The position numbers and the translations under genes were made by a program. The notes beneath the pieces are model-generated. The model had not been told where the DNA came from, did no database searches, and was given only the letters and a program-made list of their open reading frames with translations. DNA of 64,000 bases from Laetmonice hystrix (taxonomy: Eukaryota), in contig OZ249443.1 of NCBI GenBank assembly GCA_965235115.1, positions 17,112,001 through 17,176,000 of the forward strand. Reading direction: 5' to 3'. This document shows, piece after piece, positions 49,591 to 60,405 of this stretch (positions are counted from its first letter, which is position 1; every line of letters starts with the position of its first letter).

Positions 49591-52500
49591 CAGGGCCCGG
49601 ACAGAGCGAGCAGTGCCACACTACCACCAGCTCCTCACTGGGACATCCATCAGAGACCAACCAGACAACCGCTCCTATGGCAGCCACCTCTGGATGGCTG
49701 GTCACGCCTACCCAACATGTCCATCCCTGACACGGACAGTCAATGTAAAGTGTAGAAAAGACTAACTGCACCATTCGACAAGGACTTCACCCCGTCTGCC
49801 CTATGGTCCCAGCCTCTATTCTCTCCGCCGAGTGGTATGACTACTGCGTCCCGCAGTAGATTGAAAGGTCTTTGGAAGGTGAACCACGACTAGATTGGTT
49901 TGCCTGCTACAGCAATAACCAGTAAAGCTGTCTTGTGAACTGCGAAGTGTAGGCCATCAATGCTATTGAGTTAACGTACACTACGTCGCAAACGTCATAG
50001 AACCTTTGTTACGTCACAGGAATGATCGGTATTGTCATCTCGTCAAAACTTGTGAAAATCTAAAACCTGAATGTTAACTTGAATCCCAAATTATCACCTT
50101 CGGCCTAATTTATCACAATTGGTAGTAGGAAGTACCTCGCACATACTGAGATAGACGCTTAACTTCCCTTTCAACTGCCTCTTCTGTGTCCCTCCAATGA
50201 AAAGGGGTTATCTGATCAAGGCTACACCAATCCTTTGATTCTGAAGAGAGGCACGTTAGCCCCCGATCTAATCGGACCTCCAATAACAACAACTTCAGCC
50301 CACGTCACGCCAGGTGCCCATGTCTCCGTGGGCGAACCTCTATTGGAGACGACATCATCAAAATAAGTTGGCACCAAATCACGAGGAAATGCCAGCAGCC
50401 ATGTCCAAACGTGGTGTGACCTTTCAGGGGAATGGCACGGAGGTAGAATATGAGAGGGAAGTTACACCCACCCAACTGGTTCAACAGGGGTACTCAAGGT
50501 GATGGTGGAAGGAGGGGTTGTGGTTAAGCCCCTTGTCCACCCTGTTACAATCACTTAACAGTCTCCTTTGATGGAGTACCGCAATTCTTGTTTTAAGCAA
50601 TGAATGATTGAAATCCGAACATTACATCCTAATTGCGCCATTCTCTCACGGTCCTTAAACTGAGAAAGTACGGGTTCTCCACCATTAATCTGGACCTGCC
50701 AAATCTCCGGGCAGGCTCACTATGGCGGGAATACTCCCACACTGCCCTTCAAACACCCTTCAAATCTGTTGTGTTCTCCGCCACCTGAGTACAAGTGGGA
50801 GCTGGGCAGGGGCCCCTAGCAAGCGTTCTTGTCAAGGTCCCTCTGAGATCACTTGAACAAATCTGTTGGCTCTCCCGGCAACCAGTATCAACACGCAAAA
50901 CACCAGGATTGGATCACTAATTTGTTTCCATGAAATGTGCACTGTAATATTTTAAAAGGATTAAGCTCGTAATTTGCAGTGGTCTGACGATTTAAATAGT
51001 TCGAGTGCCGTTGTGCATTCACGCCATAGGATTACCATGTTAATTCTGATTGTAAATATTAATTTTCATATTCCCAGGCCATCAAAGGCTGAAAAAAAAG
51101 TCAAGCAAGCTAAGTTTCTGAAAATGGAGCACTTGAGATGACAGCCGTAGTCGGTTCCATTTATTCGTGATTACCATTGCATGTAGAAAGAAGGTTATCA
51201 CACAACGGCTCCCGTAATTCCAGATATTGAAATCCAACCTTTTTCCCCGCCATCTGCAGTGATGGAATACCTCAAAGCAAAAATCTCCAAGCTAAAGTTT
51301 GAAAACCTTAACAAGTTTTCCGTTTCAGTCAAACTTGATCCACATTTCAGTCAATAGAACCCGCCCACAAAGTCAAATAAAACATGACAATCAGCAGCAT
51401 AATTTCCTGACTGGAAAAAGCCTCGAGTGTGCTCACGGTATAAGCCGGGCTCGGACTGGCTGAAGTAGTATTGTGAAGTTAAGTGCACCAGGCAGTCGTA
51501 ATTTCATTGTCGTGGTTCCAAGTGGCTGGCGTTATTGCCCCTCGTGTACCGGTACGGCGTACCGAGGATCATTTATCAAAAGACACCTGGTTCAATTCTT
51601 ACTCTAATCCATTCTTCCTGTAATGCCGTAAGTGGTTATACGAAAACACTTATTACCTGCACGGCTTTCACACATACAGAACCGGGTAGGACAAAGGTAC
51701 CATGGGTTCACTCGCAGACCTACCATTGCCCCCAGGTCTGGCTCCGTGCGTAGATTAAGATAGTCCATGTGGTCCTTCACATGTCACGAACTGCCCGAGC
51801 CACTCCATACGCGATGAGTTTAAAAGTCCCGAAGGACTAACATGTAAAGTAGACTGCCAACTCGTTGCTCACAGCGCCCAAATTTAAATGATACAGTCAC
51901 TGTGTTCCACGCAACGGTTTCTGCATGCACGTGCACATTACAGAAATGAATTACAAGGAATCGGAACAAATTGTTTTCAATCGAGATCAACTGACATGTG
52001 TAGCCGTCGGTTTGCATGCAACTCAGATCTCCAGTAACAGATTGCGTGCGACAGATTGCCTGCCGTCACTCGACTTTCGCAGAACTAGTCAGGCCAGGCC
52101 ATCAGAACATCACCACCAGACCAATCTTCACCCCAAACTCATTTATCTTTTAACTACAAAGACCGAAAGACTGACTGACGGAAGAAAGAAGGGAAAGAAG
52201 ATAAGAAACAAGGAAAGAACGAACAAAAACACTGGTTTATACATTTTACCTAAGATACCAGGAACGGTCAGGCGTGAATGTTGTCTGAGACATTCAATTC
52301 ACCGGCAACTCACAGGGGTAATCTAAAGAAGTACAGCCACAAATGAAGTCTACTCGATGCATATTACATGAATCCACTGGGCAGACTAGGATGTCCGGGA
52401 GGTCCTAGAAAAACTTTGAATATTCTATTTGCTACGAGATTCAATTGTCACCTAACATCTACCCGATCAAACCCGCCACCGGCCTTTATATAATGTACAC

Positions 52501-55210
52501 AATGTGATTGACCTTCAAAGAAACCTTCCGTCACGTCACAGCAGACGACATCCTGCTCACATCCGTTTCCGGGATACCAATCGTCACCGTGTCGCCACCT
52601 GTCGGCGCTATCTGCCGTCGCCAACTGACAGCCAATCCGTCACCATGGCGACAGATACCGTCACCAAGTCGACTAATGCTGCCACCGTGTCAGCCCAAGC
52701 CATCATTTGGTCCTGGTGGGAATTTCTGACATTCCCCCGACCTGAATACTATTATCAATTGGACTAGTCATTTTGAGACTGCAGAGATGCACTGAATGTT
52801 AAGTGTATGGCGTCGATCCTGGTTTAAACGGATATACAATGTAACACGTATGAGGTTGGGTGTACGTGTAGGATGCATGCACGACTCTCATACTGTCACG
52901 CCAAAATCTACTCTTCTCATAAGAAGAGCCCTCCCCTTAACATCTTTACTTCAGCCCTGCTTAAAGGGCCTCACTTTAAAAAAAACTGAAGCTGGTCCTT
53001 GACCACCAACTGAAGCGTTGCACGGTCAAACACTGACTTGCACTGGCCACAGTGACCCGTCCCCCTGGTGGTGAACCTTAGAACCGATCAGTCGGATATC
53101 CTTCAACCATGAGGCTAAACTGGACGGAGTCTCATCACGATCATTGGAGGAAGGACCACCAGCAGTGTCCCTGTCGGTCCATCCACCATACAGCCCCACA
53201 CTGGTGGTCCCTCCTCCAGGACCGCCCCCGGAGAATTGACCCTGTCTTTCACCCCCTTTCTCTTTCCAGACCATTCAAGAAAGCACTATGTGTGGGATCA
53301 TTTGTCACTTTATAGACAGAACGAAAAAGAATTCTGCCAGACTTAGGAACACACTGATGGTAGTGCGTTGGTTTGGTGGCAATTTTGGAAAGCAACCCCA
53401 CTGATAAAGTTCTTAGAAATCCACCAGAGCCACCCAGAATCAGGCACACCGCCGAACTATACTAGGTTCCTGCAGTTCTAACTTCTATGGCCTTACGAAG
53501 TGGGGGTGAGCACATGTAATACGTAACATAAGTAAAATTGCCACACTTTTGTAGTGTTCAGTATACACATTGCAATATCAGCATATAATCCACCACTGGG
53601 TTCTCAGACCGTCCACCATCGAGATAACCGAAGATCAAGTCTCCAGCCTTTTACCAATAGGTTTAATAGCCTCTGCTACACTCACTATCTACAAAGTCCA
53701 AGGACAAAACCCATCTTCAGCCCCAGGAATCTCTCCCACAACCAGATAGCCAGCATCCCAGAATTCTAAATCCGCCCTATCAGAAGTCGTAGTTCCCCCT
53801 TGAGGACCATGAATCGTGCCAGTTACAGACTTGCAGTCCTCAGAATGCGAGAATCCCCAGACACCAAAGAACCCCTTGGAGTCCCCTTTGCTCCTGAGGC
53901 CGATGTTTTTCCGGGACTTCCCAGCCTCAGATGTTGGTATTTCTACTTTAATCTACTTTTCCTGGGTAGCAAAGCCGACTGTAGTCAGAGACACGTGACC
54001 TGCAGTGGGAAGTCTTGAATTCGTCCCCCTGCGGGCCGGGCCGGGTCTGACGCTGTGGTCAGGGCAGATGCTCAGACTATCTAAGCCGGTTTCTGGGCTC
54101 ACAGAATCCATGAAATATTTAAAGATCTTGAAGGCTGTAGATCCTGACCTTCTCACTAACCTTCAAGGAGACACTTTACATATTGAAGTCGCTTGTTTTG
54201 GTGGCAGTGCTGCTATAAATATAGGGCTCGGCTCCTGGGACACGAATACTCTACGTGAGGGCGGAGGGCTAGGCAAACCTTCAAAGGACATCTCTCGACG
54301 TCCCACTCAGGAGTTATAAGGTGTTTTAAATCTCAATTTTTATCTCCGTGGAACATGGTTATTAGGAATTCAGGGGAATTCTCCCGCCGTCACTGAAGTT
54401 GAAGAAAACGCCATACGTCATATAAGAAATATTTGGAAACTTTCCCGATTAAAATTGACAGCATACTTTTCCGTATCTATTTCCAACGCCCCCTGGCGAC
54501 ATCCCCGGGTATCAATCCATCATTCCTTGGGATATTCCAACTCTAAAGTTCACCATGTGAACTCTAACCCCTCCTATGACCCTCACTCTATCCTATCCTA
54601 CCCAATCAGTCCCAGCAGGGCCCTTCTACATCAGAGAAACAATAGGCGATCACGCCGGGGTGTAGAACATCGAGCCATACCATAAATACATCTTGACCTC
54701 AACTCACCACTCTTGTTAACTCTCTGAGCCGTCCCTAACTAAATTGTCTATACTCCATCACTTGGCACTCTCAAACTCCTGCACTTTGACCTGACAATTT
54801 CCAACTACCGACAGTCTGAACACAATCCATCAAATTGAGCACTTGACCGATGATAAACCCAACAGATCCAATGTACACTAGGAACCTGACGGGCCATTCC
54901 GTGAGGAAGTGACAAGAATCCGAATTCTCTACCAAAACTTTAAAGAAATCTTGACAGGATTCTGTTACAGAACACCTTTCCTGTATCAATACTGGCGACG
55001 TTTTCCCCTCGTCGGTGAGTTTGTTTGGCTTGGCACAGCGTTGCTGCCAACACTCCCTGGTCTTCCAGTTCCAATTCCTCCAGTGTTTCTATCTGCCCCC
55101 AGGTGACTTCCTCCGGTAATTAACCTCGCAACCTTGTACCTGGACGTGCCCAATCAGCACGCTCCATTTACCGGCACACCACACAATGTCCACCTCTGAC
55201 TGTGAGCAGA

Positions 55211-55555
55211 CCCCCACCCACCCACCAACCCACCACCTGTTACCGGCAGCCATGTCTCAGCCCTCACCCACCCACCAACCCACCACCTGTTACCGGCCCC
55301 CACCCACCCACCAACCCACCACCTGTTACCGGCAGCCATGTCTCAGCCCTCACCCACCCACCAACCCACCACCTGTTACCGGCCCCCACACACCCACCAA
55401 CCCACCACCTGTTACCGGCTGCCATGTCTCAGCCCTCACCCACCCACCAACCCACCACCTGTTACCGGCTGCCATGTCTCAGCCCCCCCCCCCCCACACA
55501 CACACACACACACCCACCGACCCACCACCTGTTACCGGCTGCCATGTCTCAGACC
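55211..55555. repeat. C-rich minisatellite (alternating long/short units)
   Basis: cccacccaccaacccaccacctgttaccggc(agccatgtctcagccctca). Explains ORFs 55186..55623, 55202..55636 and 55338..55685. Confidence 0.93.
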
Positions 55556-56053
55556 CCCTCCCAACCACCACCACTACCCGTGTCAACCCCTACTCACTCG
55601 GTCAGCGCACGGACCCATTATAACGGGACTGTGTAACGCTGGTACCGGCGATACATGTAGTCAGTTCTGGCTGTCAGTGGGGTAGGGGGTGGGGGCTACC
55701 TGCCCTTGTGGAGGGCCTGGACAGTGGGGCCCGATTACCACATGGCTAACCACCCCAACCAATGGGTGACCTGGACTGTATGGCTTCCGGATCTGATAGG
55801 GACATTACAGTGGCGAACATTGTACCAGGATACGGCAGGGGGACGAGGGGAGGTGATTACTTGCGACGATCATTTTACGACAGCTATTACCGTCAGGAGT
55901 CGAGAGCTGATGCTGCAAGCTTCGTAGATAAAAACTCGCGTGCCGCGCAATCCATCCTCACCTAACTCCTTGTGATGGTCGCTCCTATTAAACAGACAGC
56001 TACGGTCACCTTATACAGTCTGGCCCTGTAACGTCAGCCCAGGGAATCTATTG

Positions 56054-56484
56054 GAACCACCTCGAGTCTGGGACCACCTCGGGTCTGGGACCACCTCGGG
56101 TCTGGGAGCACCTCGAGTCTGGGAGCACCTCGAGTCTGGGACCACCTCGGGTCTGGGACCACCTCGAGTCTGGGAGCACCTCGGGTCTGGGAGCACCTCG
56201 AGTTGGGACCACCTCGAGTCTGGGACCACCTCGGGTCTGGGAGCACCTCGAGTCTGGGACCACCTCGGGTCTGGGAGCACCTCGGGTCTGGGAGCACCTC
56301 GAGTCTGGGAGCACCTCGAGTCTGGGACCACCTCGGGTCTGGGACCACCTCGAGTCTGGGAGCACTTCGAGTTTGGCACCACCTCGAGTTGGGACCACCT
56401 CGAGTTGGGACCACCTCGAGTCGGGGACCACCTCGGGTCTGGGACCACCTCGAGTCGGGGACCACCTCGAGTCAGGGACCACCT
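56054..56484. repeat. Minisatellite, 17 bp unit (16-bp variants), ~25 copies
   Basis: accacctcgagtctggg / agcacctcgggtctggg. Explains the five overlapping ORFs at 56011..56581. Confidence 0.96.
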
Positions 56485-57544
56485 CTGTATGGAAATATAT
56501 AATTTCCCATTCGGTAACCAAGGAACTGTTCTGCAACCAAAGGTCCTTTCTACAACCACGGAGCCTTCCGGCAACAACTAATTCTTTCTTTCTCCATCTC
56601 GGACTTCCACATCTTCATAGCCGGATTGGCCCCTCATGACCACCTCTTTTCTGAATCGGTCACAGGGTACTCACGTTACCAGAGGATAGGACCTCTATTA
56701 TAGCGTAGAGCCGTCGATTGTTAAAGAGGCTTACTACCTGGGAAACAGACTGACCGGCCTCACCATCTGTACGTTCAATAACACAGCGATTTCGTTCCTA
56801 ACATTATCGGCCGGTACTCACAAAAATACCATTCATCATTCAGGAGACAACTTGAACAGTTAAAGCAATTCCGAACTTTTGCGGGCATACACTCTATCAC
56901 TGTCGAACATAGCGCCAACCTGTTCTAGTTTCTAACATAATCTATCACTGCGTGGCATTTGTTAGCGTACTTTCTCACCCTGCCCCCTCCTCCCTCCAGT
57001 AAAATCTCATTGGCTTGCGTACTTTGTCATACTGCCTTTCTTTATCACATTCTTGGACACACTTTGTTACGGGCCATTCACACTGCGGCCGATGCCGACG
57101 TTTGTCTACCAGATAGTTTCGAAGTGAACGCTCGCTCACCAACCTCATTGTCAGCGTCGGCTGAGATGTGAACGCCGGGGAGTAGTGAGGATTGGTTTGG
57201 TTTTTAAAAGGTGTCAATCTAAGCGGTATCGGAATGTAGATAAAATTTTCATGTTGTCACGTAACGTCAGGACGACAGCAACAACATCAACAAAAACATC
57301 AACATCAACAACAAAACATGGCTATGTCACTAGAACACACACCCCAGTGTTTCCTGACCTGTCACCTTTGTTTTGGCATACATCAAACCTTAACCTCCCA
57401 GACTCTCTATGTATCTGTGAACGATCGTTTTATGTGGGCGTCCACAACATCACAGCGTCCTCTCTCGAGGTCACTTGTCTGGAAGACCCAGACCGTCCCG
57501 ATCCTCCTGTGAGTTAGTCACTGCTCCAGTTCATCCCTCCAGGG

Positions 57545-57545
<1 letters not shown>

Positions 57546-57599
<54 letters not shown>

Positions 57600-57604
57600 A
57601 TCTA
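57546..57604. repeat. (CT)n microsatellite
   Basis: tatctctctctatctctctctctctc... Confidence 0.95.
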
Positions 57605-58355
57605 AACCAGCACCGTGGTCCGTACTATCACAGCACTCCATGAATGACTCAGACATCAAATTATGTGGATTTTCTTCTGAAACGCCTTGTTCTACTTCAT
57701 TTGCAAAAACACCTCTCGAGGAAGTTCATATCACTAAAAAGGGACCATTCAGAGAAACATTGCAGTGTTTCTCTGTTAACGGTATTAAAACAGTTCATCC
57801 AATAATTCTGGCCTTCAATAATTCACTGCTTTTTCACTTCTGTTTTGTGGAAAGTAATCTTTTAATACGTCAAAAAAGCACGGGCTCAGCAAAAATTCAA
57901 TATCACTTGCTTCATGCTGTCTGAAGTATGGACAAGTTGTATGGACAGGACGAACAACTACATCCAGCATGACCCCTGGGTATGGTGGGATATGTCAAGT
58001 AAAGTAAAGCATGCCCAAGTTGACGGGCCCCTGCCAAAACATATCCATGCAAAAACCAAACCCAGACTTTGTTTTACCTCATCCTGAACTGAATATTGTG
58101 GTTAAGACCCGAACAGTCATCTATACTGTGCTACCACAGTACAATGTACAGCCTTTCGTCCAAGGCAAGTCTAGACTTTCGATCTTGTCCCCTGAAATAC
58201 CTATCCGATGGCAAAATGCTTAGCAAATATTGGCTGGCACCCGAACAATATGTTAATTGAAAGAGATAGATCGACCCCACTCAATAATTCACGGTAATAG
58301 ATCTTTGTGATAGGTCGAAACAGCTGGCCGCCTTATATTCATTTCACATTTATTC

Positions 58356-58382
58356 ACTTACCTGCTGTTTACAGACAAAAGA
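58356..58382 (-). other. Putative recursive splice site or 3-nt (CAG) microexon, junction 58362/58361
   Basis: Minus strand tatcttttgtctgtaaacag|cag|gtaagt: tandem NAG-CAG acceptor abutting a perfect donor. Pyrimidine tract weaker than at 48015 and 23532. Confidence 0.45.
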
Positions 58383-58699
58383 TACCTGACTCATAATTAT
58401 GCTTTCCGGTAAAAGTCTTTTTTTCGCTGAGAACTGACGATACTTTGCCCTTATGAATTTTACATCGCCCAACGTTTCACATGTGCAGACATTGGATGGA
58501 GTAACTTACACCACGTGTATCTGTTCTTCCGTGAAAACGGCCATAAAGCATTGTTTATGTAATTACAATGTATGGCGAACTATAACCCCATTTAAACGTG
58601 GTCGCCTGCCCTTTGCAGACTAAACACTGACCTTCCCTTTGCTTGCGGCCGACGGCCCCCCTTCTCCCCTGACAGTTTAAATGCGCATAGTAACATTAC

Positions 58700-58717
58700 T
58701 AGTGCCACCTGGCGGCA
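58700..58717 (-). promoter_or_regulatory. Strong CTCF-like motif in a CpG/CCAAT-containing patch
   Basis: Minus strand TGCCGCCAGGTGGCACTA. TGCGCA at 58682 and GGCCAATCA at 58741 nearby. Confidence 0.55.
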
Positions 58718-60123
58718 GACTCCCAAACCAGGGCTCCCTCGGCCAATCACGGCTGTAAGTTACGGGACGTTTGGTTGACTACCAGTGGGTCCGTGAACGT
58801 GGACGTTCGCTCCACTATACTCATAAATACTTCACGTCTTCTCTCCTCATTACTCAACATCGACAGTCAGAATACTGAGTTACAAGGAATTCTGCTGTCA
58901 AGGCGAAAACTGGAAGGGGCCCTTTACTACATAATATTCAAAATTATAGAATTATTATGTGCTACTTGAAGCATTAAATTCATGTGGGTCAATTCAACTC
59001 AACTTTCAGTATGGAGAGACCGGTTTTTGAAGATTATGGGGGGGGGGGAGGCCTCCCCACAAATCCGCCACTAAAGAATCGTTCTGTAAATTTTATGCGC
59101 CAGAATTTGTATACGAGTTCCTCCTGTCTCCCTCCATTTTTGTCCTTCTTCATGTTCTTTTCGAGGTCCCATCGGTTGGACCCCCCCCCCCCCCCCCTCA
59201 CCCACACCCACACTGTCCCCAACCATTTCTCTGTATGAATCAAGTATAGCTACATTCGGCACTGATCCATCATCTTTATAATGAAAACCAGTCGGTCTTG
59301 CTTGACAGATAATCAGGCTCCACATTGTCTGTGGTTCATTGGTATTCCCAGCCAGGCATAAACCATGGTCTACTTAATCTGCACCAACTCTTCCTAACAC
59401 CGCTCAAACTGACAATGCTCTCTGAGGACGCCGTCAGCACTGTGAGAGCCTCTCCTCCCCTCCCCCATTCATCATCGAGTCATGGCAGCAATTAATGCTA
59501 TGGTCTAGACACATACCGGGCATAGTCTGGTCAGGTACCGCTACAGACCGTTCACTTGTCAATTAGTTGTTGGCACGGGTATGCATGAGCTAACAGGTGC
59601 GGTAGTGTTCATGCCACTTACGTAGTCAACGTATGAATTGGTTTGACATTGACTGGTTTAGAGAAGCACTGGGAGGTAATATGTATTGCGAGCGCAATAT
59701 TTGTACGGTACCTCTACCCGCTGCTCTGGCCAAATAAGGTCGATTTTTACTTATATATTGTTTGCAATACTAGTTTCCCTGTTCTGTCAGAAATACAGGA
59801 AACAGACAGCGCCATGCAAGACTAGAAGTACTGTAATCACACAGCGCAGCAGAAGTTCATGCGATGACGAAGCCGCTGACAGCGCCACCTGTTAAATGAC
59901 CTTGTCGCTGGCCCATGCCGCAGGCCTCTTTAGGTCGTGCCAGACCTTCCTCATCCCAACGGTTACGATCGCAGTCACTTTGCCCGCCTTGCAGGGGAGC
60001 AACCACAAATGCTGGCTTGACATGACGGCCACCAGTTAAATGCTGTTTCCATTAACCAAACATTGAATCTGTATATCGTGTAAGGTTTACGATATGCTGA
60101 CGACCCTAGCGCTCCAGCGGCCG

Positions 60124-60405
60124 GCTCAGGGTGCCATGACTGGCGGCCCATTGCTGTGGCTCAGGGTGCCATGACTGGCGGCCCATTGCTGTGGCTCAGG
60201 GCGCCATCACTGGCGGCCCATTGCTGTGGCTCAGGGTGCCATGACTGGCGGCCCATTGCTGTGGCTCAGGGCGCCATCACTGGCGGCCCATTGCTGTGGC
60301 TCAGGGTGCCATCACTGGCGGCCTATTGCTGTGGCTCAGGGCGCCATCACTGGCGGCCCATTGCTGTGGCTCAGGGTGCCATCACTGGCGGCCCATTGCT
60401 GTGGT
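60124..60405. repeat. Minisatellite, 35 bp unit, ~8 copies
   Basis: gctcagggtgccatgactggcggcccattgctgtg. Explains ORFs 60156..60523. Confidence 0.96.

Noticed and set aside
52160-52235. Very long minus-strand pyrimidine tract as a splice acceptor
   Set aside because: It looks like a purine-rich simple repeat, and no donor or coding exon follows.
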